DNA of 64,000 nucleotides from a bacterium (lineage in GTDB: Bacteria > Zhuqueibacterota > Zhuqueibacteria > Oceanimicrobiales > Oceanimicrobiaceae): the NCBI GenBank assembly GCA_037446635.1, contig JBBIIG010000005.1:64880-128879 (forward strand), written 5' to 3'. Position numbers and translations under genes: made by a program. The notes beneath the pieces were generated by a model. That model saw only the letters and a program-made list of their open reading frames with translations, ran no database searches and was not told where the DNA came from. Positions 42,201 through 50,910 of this stretch are shown here, in pieces (the first letter of the stretch is position 1; every line of letters starts with the position of its first letter).

Positions 42201-42413
42201 CGTTTGAATTTTCCAGCGCAGGTGCGGATCAAAATTTTCGATCTCGCTGGCGCTTTGGTGGACGAGTTGGCGGGCCCCGGTTTCTCGCAAACCGAAAATG
42301 AAGTGACGTGGCCGCTGCAAAACATTCAAAGCGGCGTCTATCTGGCGCGCGTGCAGGCCGAAGGCGAGGGCCGGAAAGGAGTTGCCGTGATTAAAATCGC
42401 TGTTGTTAAATGA
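39261..42413 (+). CDS. T9SS cargo protein: M6 (immune inhibitor A)-like domain with degenerate zinc motif, FG-GAP repeats and C-terminal sorting domain
   Basis: RILAIRVDF, FHAG.G, FGHQLGLPNLF, GLMDQG, EYFLIENR, GSGILIWHIDE; DLDGDG-type repeats; YNYPNP...SGVYLARV..IAVVK C-terminal domain. Confidence 0.85.
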   Translation: MPVKSLTFFLGLLTLLLCQTAFSQTPNLKLRPGGISDRPLLKIGSPAERLRAGAILKAAAADTVRILAIRVDFPADDNPLTTGNGKFILTAADEATIDPPPHNRAYFEHQLLALANYFRTVSNGQLVIEFEVFPEDLNGAFTVSQQMSFYSPTRDEELLDQRLSELFAEGFQLADASGAIDFSRFDSFILFHAGVGLDFALDFDPTPQDIPSVFLDFATLQEKLGNNDPNYPGIPVNGGAAFIRDGIILPETQSQEGFEIGLLGTAAIMFGHQLGLPNLFNTDTGRSGIGVFGLMDQGSGNFFGLLPAEPCAWSKVFLGWETPIEIRNGENLPAAAPRSPAPQKIYKIPINSNEYFLIENRLRDANNDNVAIGRDAAGTRVEFHWDQQGQRLIAAAPLGVITQVNEYDFGLPGSGILIWHIDEAVIRETFAENRVNADPNRRGVDLEEADGAQDIGQLYGFLSAGAGSENGVTEDMFWASNDINTLVNNSQVVEFTPNTKPNSRSNSGANTHIEINHFSEPGEVMTFSVREEISKAGFPQFVGESGTLTNSPIAADLDGDGAREIIWSSNLSARVLVWKSDGSKFIPNSEVASRQKINGGIESLPLALFAEPAGTFCFSPAVAELNQQRFVVVATDQAAAVYSPEDLDGNGRADQLFSFQNGETFSTHPMVIQKSGEFKIIIGAASGRIFSINHSGSSLELAQIISHTISGFAWYFPDGIVFNTKQGAVGLLAEDGLLWQTSTNRASSKTPVVGDLDKDGTLDIIHISDDGTIHVFDQNGGALAGFPRATNVSPASHIGLADLNGDVFLEMVLIADNKIYAFNRFGFLAEGFPIAISSSPSSILSSPVLADINRDGRAELFSGANENQIAAVQATGARLPEFPLSTGAAVNSTIVLSDIENDGALDLAAAADDGFLYVWGLQRDFNPDDIFWGEFLANSQHINFYVDERTPPAPAGDLLPANSVYNYPNPTEGDRTTIRYRLNFPAQVRIKIFDLAGALVDELAGPGFSQTENEVTWPLQNIQSGVYLARVQAEGEGRKGVAVIKIAVVK

Positions 42414-42421
42414 GGGAACCT

Positions 42422-43057
42422 ATGAAAAAATGTTTGCTGGTCTTCATCTGCTGCGCGGGATCGACCTTGCCTTGTGAAAAGGTCAAGGCGCAGGAACGGG
42501 AAAAAGTCGTCTTTGGGCTCGCCAGCGGTTTTATGAGCGCCACCTCCGCGACGGATCCGAACGCGTCGCTGGGACTTTTTTTGAATTATGCCACCTCAAA
42601 CCGTTCATTTATCAATGTCGAACTAAAAAAGCGCAGCCCCTTCGGCTTGGATTTTAACTCCGACGATGCGTTCAATTCCCTCAATAAATTTTTGCTGCGC
42701 GATTGGTCGGCCAGCTTGTCATTTAATTATTGTTTAAAGCCGGTGAGCCATCATCTGATGCCGTATGTCAGTATTGGCGCGGGCCAATATTATGTTCAAG
42801 ACAGCAAGGGCAACATCAAACGCGCAAAAGAAAATCCGGAGGAAGTCAACTTGGATTACGACATGCGGGACTATTTTCGCAATCCGGGCCTGTTTGGCGC
42901 CGCTGGTTTGCAATTTCAGGCCGGAGCGCGCACCAATTTTTTCTTGCAAACGCGCTGCTCGATTATTTTCGACGACGATCGCAGTCTTATCATTCCTTCG
43001 ACTAAATTTACCGACCTGTTCAACATCACCGCCGGCTTTCGCCTGACTTTAAATTGA
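42422..43057 (+). CDS. Probable small outer-membrane beta-barrel protein
   Basis: Signal-like N-terminus, amphipathic strands, PYVSIGAG, terminal ITAGFRLTLN. Confidence 0.65.
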   Translation: MKKCLLVFICCAGSTLPCEKVKAQEREKVVFGLASGFMSATSATDPNASLGLFLNYATSNRSFINVELKKRSPFGLDFNSDDAFNSLNKFLLRDWSASLSFNYCLKPVSHHLMPYVSIGAGQYYVQDSKGNIKRAKENPEEVNLDYDMRDYFRNPGLFGAAGLQFQAGARTNFFLQTRCSIIFDDDRSLIIPSTKFTDLFNITAGFRLTLN

Positions 43058-43067
43058 CGGCCGTTCG

Positions 43068-46000
43068 ATGACGACTTCAAAAATCATTCTGCTGTCGCTG
43101 GCTCTGGTGTTGACGATTTCATCGACGCTGCTGGCGCAGATCGAAAGCGATAATCATCCGGAGCTGCAGTGGCGTTCCATTGAAACCGAACACTTTTTCG
43201 TCCACTTTCATGAAGGCGCCGAGCGCACCGCCAAAGTCGTCGCCAAGATCGCCGAAGAAGTTTACGGCCCGATTACCGAACTTTACCAATATCAGCCCGG
43301 CGGCAAGTATCATTTCATCATCCGCGCCCACGACGATTTTTCCAACGGCGCGGCTTTTTTCTACGATAATAAATTAGAAATCTGGGCCACGGCTCTCGAC
43401 TTCGAGCTGCGGGGATCGCACAACTGGCTGCGCAACGTGGTCGCCCACGAATTCACCCACATGATTCAATTGCAGTCGGCGCGCAAAATCACCCAGCGCA
43501 TTCCGGCGTTTTATCTGCAGGCAATCGGTTATGAAGACGATCGCCGCGAGGACGTTTTGCACGGCGGCCCCAACGTCATCGCGTCCTACCCGTTTGCGAT
43601 GACAGTGATGCCCAGTTGGTTCGCGGAGGGCGTGGCGCAGTACCAGATTCCCGGCCTCGATTACGACACCTGGGATTCCCACCGCGACATGATTTTGCGC
43701 ACTGCCGCCCTGGATAACCGGCTGCTCTCTTATAATGAAATGGGCGTGTTCGGTAAGAACAGTCTCGGCAACGAGAAAGTTTACAATCACGGCTACGCGT
43801 TTGTGTCGTATCTCGCGGGCAAGTACGGCATCGAAACTTTGCGCGCCGCCACCCGCAAGATGAAAGGCTTCTTGCGCTGGAATTTCGACGGCGCCCTCAA
43901 ACCAGCCACCGGCAAAAGCGTTCGGCAATTGTACGAAGATTGGGTGCGCGATCTCAAATCCCACTACTCCGCGGCGATGAAAGATATTTTGGCCGACCAG
44001 GTTGCGGGGAAGATTATCGAAGCCGACGGCTTGGCAAATTTCAACCCTACCTGGTCGCCCGACGGCTCGGCCTTCGCTTACCTCACCAGCGGCGGCAGCG
44101 ACTATCTTTCGCGCACGACGTTGCTAACGAAGGATATCAAAACCGGCAAAACCAAAAGCATCAGCGGCGGGGTTCACTATTCAATTAGCTGGTCGCCGGA
44201 CGGCAGCCGGCTGGCGTATGCCAATCAGTCCGCGCGCGGCAAAGGCGGCTCCCGCTTTTACGATATTTACATTTATGATTTGCGGCGCAATAAAGAACAG
44301 CGCGTAACCCGCGGCCTGCGGGCGCACAGCCCCGCTTGGTCGCCCGACGGCGAGACGCTGATTTTTATTGTGAACCAGGACGGCACGGAAAATCTCTCGG
44401 CGCTGGATTTGACGACTGGAAAAATAGCCGCCCTCACTGATTTCAAAAACGGCGAGCAGCTTTCTCATCCGCGCTGGTCGCCGGACGGCAAGCAGGTGGT
44501 TTTGGGTCTGGCAAAAAATAGCGGCCAGGATTTATTTTTGTTGAATCTCGAATCGCGTGAGCTTTCGCCGCTGCTGGAGGATCCCGCCGATTCCCGCGAC
44601 CCCGTCTTCAGCCCGGACGGCCGCCGCATCTATTTTAGTTGGGACAAAAGCGGCATCTTCAACATTTACTCGGTGGATTTGGAGACGAGAGAATTCACTC
44701 AGTGGACCAATGTGGTGGGCGGCGCGTTTATGCCCTCCATCGCGCGCGACGGTCAACTGCTTTATTCCAGTTTCACTTCCAATGGTTATAAAATTGCGCT
44801 CATCGAACAGCCGCGGCCGGTGGATTCCTCGCAGGCGCAATATTTGGCCTACGGCAACGGGGTGAAGGCGTCGCCGCAGAACGGCGCCTCCGAATTTTCA
44901 CTGGAGGAAATTAGCATCCGCAAAATTGATGATTCGCAACTGCCCGACTATCCCATCAAACCGTACGGCAGCCATTATTCCCCCATCGCGTTTTTGCCGC
45001 GCGTGATGATCGACTACGGCACGGTGAAGCTCGGCTCGTATTTTTATTCGTCGGACGTACTCGAGAAATACGGTTTCCTCGCTGGCTTCGACGTCAATCG
45101 CCACGGCGATTACGATCTGTTCGCGCTGCTCGATTACCGCAAATTCGGCCCCACGCTATTTCTCGAGCTTTACAATCAGGTGCAGAACACCAGCGTGGAA
45201 GTCGATTCTTTTGAAATCATTCGCCGTGGCTTGCTGGTGGATCGCGCTTCGGATAAATTTCGCTACAACCTCATCGAAGCCGATTTGGGCGTGCGGTTCA
45301 AAATTGGCGGTTCCAACGTGCTGCGCACGGCTTTCGTTTTCAGCCGTTACAGCGCGCGCGCCAAATTTCAGGAACGAAACAACGTCGAGACCTCGTTGAG
45401 TTACAACTATTTCATCGGCCGCGATATCTCCATTCGTTTCACCCACCACGGCATCAAGCCGGCGGTGGATGCGGAGAGCAATCCCCGCGGCCGGGTGATC
45501 ACTCTCGGTTATGATCGCGAGTTCAATAAATTTTTGACCGGCTTCGAAGTGAACGATGCGTTTTTGGACGAGGTGTTTGACAACTACAATTACAACAAAT
45601 TTACCCTCGAGTGGCAGGAGCACTGGGGTCTGCCGATAAAAGATCACACGCTGAATTTCGACATTCAGGCCGGCATCATCGACGCCGAAGTGGATAGCTT
45701 TTTCCACTTTTTCGGCGGCGGGATTTTGGGCAATCGCGGTTATCCCTATTTCAGCATTGAAGGGCGCAAGCTGCTGCTCGGACGCGCCACCTATCGCTTT
45801 CCGTTGATCCGCAACATCGATTGGCGTCTCGGCCATCTCTACTTTGACAAAATTTTTCTCGGCCTATTTTACGATTACGGCAACGCTTTCAATGAAAACA
45901 AGATCGATTTCGATCGTTTTAAGTCCAGCGTCGGCGGCCAGTTGCGGCTCGACATGTTTTCATTCTATTCCTACCCGACGCGCTTTTTCTTCAACGCCGC

Positions 46001-46091
46001 TTACGGACTGGATGAATTTCAAGTCGCCAATCAAACCTACGGCAAAGAATGGCGATTCTATTTTGGCTTATCGTTCGGTTATCTCGATTGA
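43068..46091 (+). CDS. Exported protein: zinc peptidase-like domain, PD40/TolB-like propeller and BamA-like C-terminal region
   Basis: VAHEFTH and WFAEGVA gluzincin motifs, repeated P.WSPDG, C-terminal LGLFYDYGNAF...KSSVGGQLR...FYFGLSF. Confidence 0.85.
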   Translation: MTTSKIILLSLALVLTISSTLLAQIESDNHPELQWRSIETEHFFVHFHEGAERTAKVVAKIAEEVYGPITELYQYQPGGKYHFIIRAHDDFSNGAAFFYDNKLEIWATALDFELRGSHNWLRNVVAHEFTHMIQLQSARKITQRIPAFYLQAIGYEDDRREDVLHGGPNVIASYPFAMTVMPSWFAEGVAQYQIPGLDYDTWDSHRDMILRTAALDNRLLSYNEMGVFGKNSLGNEKVYNHGYAFVSYLAGKYGIETLRAATRKMKGFLRWNFDGALKPATGKSVRQLYEDWVRDLKSHYSAAMKDILADQVAGKIIEADGLANFNPTWSPDGSAFAYLTSGGSDYLSRTTLLTKDIKTGKTKSISGGVHYSISWSPDGSRLAYANQSARGKGGSRFYDIYIYDLRRNKEQRVTRGLRAHSPAWSPDGETLIFIVNQDGTENLSALDLTTGKIAALTDFKNGEQLSHPRWSPDGKQVVLGLAKNSGQDLFLLNLESRELSPLLEDPADSRDPVFSPDGRRIYFSWDKSGIFNIYSVDLETREFTQWTNVVGGAFMPSIARDGQLLYSSFTSNGYKIALIEQPRPVDSSQAQYLAYGNGVKASPQNGASEFSLEEISIRKIDDSQLPDYPIKPYGSHYSPIAFLPRVMIDYGTVKLGSYFYSSDVLEKYGFLAGFDVNRHGDYDLFALLDYRKFGPTLFLELYNQVQNTSVEVDSFEIIRRGLLVDRASDKFRYNLIEADLGVRFKIGGSNVLRTAFVFSRYSARAKFQERNNVETSLSYNYFIGRDISIRFTHHGIKPAVDAESNPRGRVITLGYDREFNKFLTGFEVNDAFLDEVFDNYNYNKFTLEWQEHWGLPIKDHTLNFDIQAGIIDAEVDSFFHFFGGGILGNRGYPYFSIEGRKLLLGRATYRFPLIRNIDWRLGHLYFDKIFLGLFYDYGNAFNENKIDFDRFKSSVGGQLRLDMFSFYSYPTRFFFNAAYGLDEFQVANQTYGKEWRFYFGLSFGYLD

Positions 46092-46109
46092 AATTTTTGA
46101 GGAAAGGTT

Positions 46110-46928
46110 ATGACTAAGTCGCTAACTTTTGTCGCGCTTTTTCTAATTGGCAGCGCGCCGCTCAATTACGCTGCCGAAACCGCCAAAGAGGTGATTGCCG
46201 CCACCTGGGGCAAGGTAGATTTTCAATTGGCGTTTAACCAACGTTCTGCAGAGCGGCAGATCGGCCCATCGAATTCGCCCAATAAAACTGGCGCGCGCTC
46301 CATCGCCAAAGCTGCGCTCTTTTCCGCCGTGATCCCGGGCGCGGGCCAAATTTACAACGGCTCGATTTTAAAAAGTATTTTTTTTATCGCGGTGGAAGCC
46401 GGCGCACTCACCGGCCATTTCATCAATCAAAACCGCGGCCACGAGTTGGAGGATGTATTCGAGGCGTTTGCCGATCAGCACTGGAGCGAGCAGCAGTATT
46501 GGCGTTCTCTTGCCATCGATGCCGGTATGGATCCGGACAACTTGGATTTAGACGCCTTGCGTGCATATGAACGCGAACAGTTCAGTCACTTTTTGCCGCA
46601 ACAAAAAAATCAAACCTATTATGAAAATATCGGTAAGTATGATCAGTTCAACGGCGGCTGGGATGACAGCATCAGCAAAATGGCGCGGCAGCGCGACTCC
46701 GAGAATCGCCGGCAATATACCCTGAAACGCAAAGACGCCAACGACCATTTCAAGCGCGCCACCAATTTCGCCGCCGCGGCGCTGCTCAATCACGTCTTCA
46801 GCGCTTTCGACGCCGGCTGGAGCGCCAAGCGCCACAATCAGAAAATCTTGAGAGCGGATATCGAAATGCAGGGGCGTTTGTATGGCGCGGAGATGATCCC
46901 GACGTTGGTTTTGGGGCTGTCATGGTAA
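46110..46928 (+). CDS. DUF5683-like protein
   Basis: KAALFSAVIPGAGQIYNG motif, QTYYENIGKYDQF and NHVFSAFDA. Confidence 0.72.
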   Translation: MTKSLTFVALFLIGSAPLNYAAETAKEVIAATWGKVDFQLAFNQRSAERQIGPSNSPNKTGARSIAKAALFSAVIPGAGQIYNGSILKSIFFIAVEAGALTGHFINQNRGHELEDVFEAFADQHWSEQQYWRSLAIDAGMDPDNLDLDALRAYEREQFSHFLPQQKNQTYYENIGKYDQFNGGWDDSISKMARQRDSENRRQYTLKRKDANDHFKRATNFAAAALLNHVFSAFDAGWSAKRHNQKILRADIEMQGRLYGAEMIPTLVLGLSW

Positions 46929-47728
46929 GATTCAATTTAAAATTATTTGTGGGGTTGATGATCATTTTTGGAGCCGCCTCCCATTCTCCAGCGGCGCCTC
47001 CGGATGACGCGGTAAAATTGCTGCGGCCGGCGCTCGGTCATTTTCAAGCCAAACAAGTTTTGTTGAACGCGCGTTCGCCCCGCGTTGGTTTGCCGCGGCG
47101 CGCGGCGGTGGAAATCGCGCCGGCTGCTTTTGCACAAGCTGGCGGCGGCGAGAAGTCGAAAGGCCGGGCGTTCTTGCAATCGCTGATTTTACCGGGGTGG
47201 GGCCAGCATTATGCGCGATCTCACACCATGCTCAAAGTATTCGCGGCGTCGGAAGTGCTTTTGTGGGGAACGTTTGCCGGCTTCAATTTGTGGAGCAACT
47301 GGCTGGAGAACGACTATCGTGCGTTTGCGGTCAGCCACGCCGGCGTCGATCTGGAGGGCAAGTCCGGGCGGTATTTTGTGGACATCGGTAATTTCAACGA
47401 TATTTTTGAATACAATCAGGATCAGCTTCGCAACCGCGACGTGAGCGCGCTCTACCCGGAGACGGATGAATTTTTTTGGCGCTGGGACAGCGAAGCCAAC
47501 CGCCGCCGCTTCGAGGATTTACGAATTCGCAGCGACCGCGCCGCCAATCGCGCCGAGCTCACGCTGGCGGTGATTTTCGTCAACCATTTGGTAAGCGCGC
47601 TGCAGGCGACGCTGGCGGTGCACAAGTACAATCAGCGCTTACAAAAAAACGATGTTGGAATGGATCTCGAAGTGGACGCGCTGGCGGAAAATCTTGGCGT
47701 GCGATTGAGATTGGTTAAACACTTTTAA
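46922..47728 (+). CDS. DUF5683-like protein (paralogue of the upstream gene)
   Basis: RAFLQSLILPGWGQHY motif, WRWDSEANR and NHLVSALQA. Confidence 0.7.
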   Translation: MVRFNLKLFVGLMIIFGAASHSPAAPPDDAVKLLRPALGHFQAKQVLLNARSPRVGLPRRAAVEIAPAAFAQAGGGEKSKGRAFLQSLILPGWGQHYARSHTMLKVFAASEVLLWGTFAGFNLWSNWLENDYRAFAVSHAGVDLEGKSGRYFVDIGNFNDIFEYNQDQLRNRDVSALYPETDEFFWRWDSEANRRRFEDLRIRSDRAANRAELTLAVIFVNHLVSALQATLAVHKYNQRLQKNDVGMDLEVDALAENLGVRLRLVKHF

Positions 47729-47741
47729 AATAGTCTGAAAA

Positions 47742-48440
47742 TTGAACACCGAAGTCCACCGAAAGATCGATCTTTTGCAAACGGCAAAACGCGCCGCGGC
47801 TGAACGGGCGGTCACGTATGTTGAGGAAGGAATGATCGTGGGTTTGGGGACCGGATCGACCGCCGCGTTGGCCATCGAACTCATTGGCCAGCGAGTGGCG
47901 ACGGGATTGCAGATTCAGGGTGTGCCCACCTCGATCGCGACTGAAAATTTAGCGCGTGCGAAAAACATTCCGCTGCTGCTCGATTTTGAAGAGATCGATT
48001 TGGTGATCGATGGCGCGGACGAAGTGGATCGACAGGGTAATCTCATCAAAGGCGGCGGCGGCGCGTTGACGCGCGAAAAGATCGTGGCCGCGGCCAGCCG
48101 CCAACGAATTATCATCGTCGATGAAACGAAACTGGTTCTGCAATTAGGAAGGGTGCCGCTGCCAGTGGAAGTTTTGCCTTTTGGCTGGCGCGGCGCGGCG
48201 AAGCAGTTGCAGGCGTTGGGCTGCGGCGTTAGTTTGAGAAAAAAGGACCGGGAGGCTTTTTTGACGGACAATCAAAATTTTATTCTCGATTGTGCCTTTA
48301 CAAAAATAAGCGCGCCCGAGCGGTTGGCGAAAGAAATCAACGCCATTCCGGGGGTGGTTGAAAACGGTTTGTTTGTGGGTTTGGTCAGTATAGTCGTAGT
48401 TGGGCAAATGGATGGAACGGCGCGCGAAATACGATTTTAG
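47742..48440 (+). CDS. rpiA: Ribose-5-phosphate isomerase A
   Basis: GLGTGST, DGADEVD, IKGGGGALTREKIV and GVVENGLF motifs. Confidence 0.97.
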   Translation: MNTEVHRKIDLLQTAKRAAAERAVTYVEEGMIVGLGTGSTAALAIELIGQRVATGLQIQGVPTSIATENLARAKNIPLLLDFEEIDLVIDGADEVDRQGNLIKGGGGALTREKIVAAASRQRIIIVDETKLVLQLGRVPLPVEVLPFGWRGAAKQLQALGCGVSLRKKDREAFLTDNQNFILDCAFTKISAPERLAKEINAIPGVVENGLFVGLVSIVVVGQMDGTAREIRF

Positions 48441-48467
48441 TCTCCCGACGACAGAGAGTCCGGCTTT

Positions 48468-48496
48468 CCCTCACTCGTCCTGAGTGAGGGTTTTTC
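48468..48496. terminator. Intrinsic terminator between convergent genes
   Basis: CCCTCACTC-GTCCT-GAGTGAGGG-TTTTT. Confidence 0.75.
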
Positions 48497-48500
48497 ATTA

Positions 48501-49463
48501 TCAATCCTTTGGAATAGCGTATTTTTTCATTTTAAAGCGCAAAGTTGCTTCGGGGATGCCCAGCAGCTTGGCGGCCTTCACCTGGTTGCCGGCGAATTTC
48601 ACCAACGCCTTTTTGATCAAATAGGTTTCGACCTCTGAAATCACGCCCTTCAAATTTTTCACTTCCAGGAAGTCGAGTGGATGGCGCTTGATTTCAAACG
48701 GCAGAAATTCCGTGGAGAGCTCGCCGTCCGGCGACATCATCACTAAATTTTCCACGCAGTTTTTGAGCTCGCGCACGTTGCCTTTCCATTCGTATTCGAG
48801 GATGGATTCGAAGATTTCGGCCGGCACCGCTGGGATTTCCAAGCCATTTTCTCGGCAATAATTTTTGAGGAAGAAAATGAACAGCTCCGGAATATCCTGA
48901 CGCCGTTCCTTGAGCGGCGGCACATTGATGGAGAGGGTGTTCAGCAGGTAGTATAAATCCTTGCGGAATTTACCGCTCTCGATTTCTTTCGAAAGATCCC
49001 GAATACTTGAAGACATGATTCGAACGTTGAGCGGGAGGGTTTCGCGGCCGCCGATGCGGCGAAACTTTTGCTCGCGAAAAACTTGCAGCAACTCGAACTG
49101 AAAGGTAGCGGGCATCTCTTCGATGTTCTTTAAGTAAAGGGTGCCGCGGTTGGCGCGCTCCAAAATGCCGATGGTGCGCTGGATGGAGCCGTCCTTTTCG
49201 GTTTCTTCTCCGAAAAGCTCTTTTTTGTCGATGGTGAGGCCCAACGCCGAACAATTCAACACAACAAAGGGACGATTTTTGCTGGAGGAGAGCCCGTGAA
49301 TTTGGCGCGCGATGAATTCTTTGCCGCTGCCGGTGTCGCCAGCGATGAAAACGTTGCTCTCAACTTTTGAGAATTTTTTGATGGCGCGATTTATTTTTTT
49401 GGATTCCGGACTGTTGCCTATAAACCTCGCCTCCTCGAACTGAACATCACTTATGTTAACCAT
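48501..49463 (-). CDS. Atypical NtrC/Fis-family regulator: AAA+ domain plus HTH, no sensor domain, no GAFTGA
   Basis: GDTGSGKE Walker A, ELFG, WKGNVRELKN and GNQVKAAKLLGI HTH; Walker B position reads YLKNI. Confidence 0.88.
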   Translation of the reverse strand: MVNISDVQFEEARFIGNSPESKKINRAIKKFSKVESNVFIAGDTGSGKEFIARQIHGLSSSKNRPFVVLNCSALGLTIDKKELFGEETEKDGSIQRTIGILERANRGTLYLKNIEEMPATFQFELLQVFREQKFRRIGGRETLPLNVRIMSSSIRDLSKEIESGKFRKDLYYLLNTLSINVPPLKERRQDIPELFIFFLKNYCRENGLEIPAVPAEIFESILEYEWKGNVRELKNCVENLVMMSPDGELSTEFLPFEIKRHPLDFLEVKNLKGVISEVETYLIKKALVKFAGNQVKAAKLLGIPEATLRFKMKKYAIPKD

Positions 49464-49486
49464 GTTAAACCTCTTTTTAGGTTAGA

Positions 49487-50563
49487 TTAATTTTTTCGCT
49501 TTATAGAAAGCAGATTGTTATTTTTTAATCTTTTTTCATAGAGCGCGGTTAAGTAATAGAATACGATTAACGCGCCAGTAGAAAGTACCGCTAAATTAAG
49601 TTTCATGAACAAGGAGACGTTGAAATAATTTATGGCGCAGATGAAAACCAGCGTCAAGAACACGATGGTGTTGCGGCGGTGGTGAAAATAGGCTTTCGCT
49701 AAATCGAGCATAGAAAAAGAAAGGCTTTTTTTCCTTTTGATGGGCACCCCGAGGTCGTTGCCGGCGGTCACGATGGCGTTGTAAAATTGCCCAAATTCCG
49801 AGTAGGCGTAGTTCAACAGCCGAAACATGGTGATCAAAAAGAACGAGAGGTTGACCAGCAGCACATATTGACTGAGAGAAAAAATGGTGATTTTGTAAAT
49901 ATAGCCGAGGATATTGGTAATATCCATGATGGTGATGATGAAAAAGCAAACCATAATGGTATTGATGTGTTCGCCCAGCGAGCGGTCGTAGCGATAGAGC
50001 AGGACACCGTAGAGAAAAATGAAAAACAGCGGTAGCAGATTGAAGTACATTTCGTGTTTAAATAACACAGCGTCCTCGATTTCGAGAATATATTGCTTGT
50101 CTAACAGAAAGGGATGATAGTGCCAAAAAAAGATCGGCAGGATGATGGTCAAAGTGATAAGGTAAATCGCCCACGGACTCAGACTATTGAGCATGTATTT
50201 CATGCAGAGGTAAACCACGCAAAGCACTAAAAGAAAGCTCAGGATGATAATGCGATATTCGAAGAGATAGTAGGCTAAGAAATCGCTGCCAAACAAAAAC
50301 TGATCGCCGATGAATATGTTTATAAATGTGAGGCTGTGAAAGACAGAAAAGAGCCCGATGTTAAAAAAGATAAAGCGGTTGTTTTCGTCTTTTTTAAAAA
50401 GAAAAAGGCACTGTAAAAAAAGCAGAAAATAAATAGAGCAATTTATCCAGGAGAGAACCGGGACGGGTTCGTGGGGCAGATTAGAAATAAGAATGAGGAA
50501 TAGAACAAAAAACAACCAGTAGTTGATAATTTTGAAATGAATATGGAGATTTCTGGTAAACAT
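49487..50563 (-). CDS. Polytopic membrane protein (about 10 TM helices), unknown function
   Basis: 358-aa ORF dominated by F/I/L/Y hydrophobic segments with a basic cytoplasmic-looking loop near the C-terminus; ends 23 bp before the regulator start. Confidence 0.8.
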   Translation of the reverse strand: MFTRNLHIHFKIINYWLFFVLFLILISNLPHEPVPVLSWINCSIYFLLFLQCLFLFKKDENNRFIFFNIGLFSVFHSLTFINIFIGDQFLFGSDFLAYYLFEYRIIILSFLLVLCVVYLCMKYMLNSLSPWAIYLITLTIILPIFFWHYHPFLLDKQYILEIEDAVLFKHEMYFNLLPLFFIFLYGVLLYRYDRSLGEHINTIMVCFFIITIMDITNILGYIYKITIFSLSQYVLLVNLSFFLITMFRLLNYAYSEFGQFYNAIVTAGNDLGVPIKRKKSLSFSMLDLAKAYFHHRRNTIVFLTLVFICAINYFNVSLFMKLNLAVLSTGALIVFYYLTALYEKRLKNNNLLSIKRKN

Positions 50564-50621
50564 AGGACCCGAACAGCCAAATTAAAAATTAAGAACTCGA
50601 TGAACGATACAACACATATAG

Positions 50622-50864
50622 TTAATTCACATCCGGCGGAGCTGGTTTTCTCGAGGGCGGCGGCATAGGGTCTCGATAACTTGCAAACGGATTGGTGTCG
50701 GCAGTCAGATTCGTTTCCGGGAATGCTAGAGTTGAGATGTTGGATTCTCCGATATCCGATAGAAGCCCTGTTATTCTACCCTGATTTTCGGCCCCTATTA
50801 GAACGACAACAAAAAGAACATAAATCGCTACAACCGTAGCGGCGGCGAACAGCGTCTTCTTCAT
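50622..50864 (-). CDS. Small exported or membrane-anchored peptide (80 aa) with Pro-rich C-terminus
   Basis: Strong RBS AAGGAGG, MKK plus a hydrophobic helix, C-terminus YRDPMPPPSRKPAPPDVN; promoter directly upstream. Confidence 0.75.
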   Translation of the reverse strand: MKKTLFAAATVVAIYVLFVVVLIGAENQGRITGLLSDIGESNISTLAFPETNLTADTNPFASYRDPMPPPSRKPAPPDVN

Positions 50865-50910
50865 TTGAACCCTCCTTTTGGTTTGAAGAGATGGCTGTTC
50901 GGGTCACCAC

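Noticed and set aside
50622..50864. AgrD-type or RiPP precursor assignment for the small peptide
   Set aside because: It has no Cys, no double-glycine leader and no adjacent modifying enzyme or peptidase transporter that I can recognise, so it is left unassigned.
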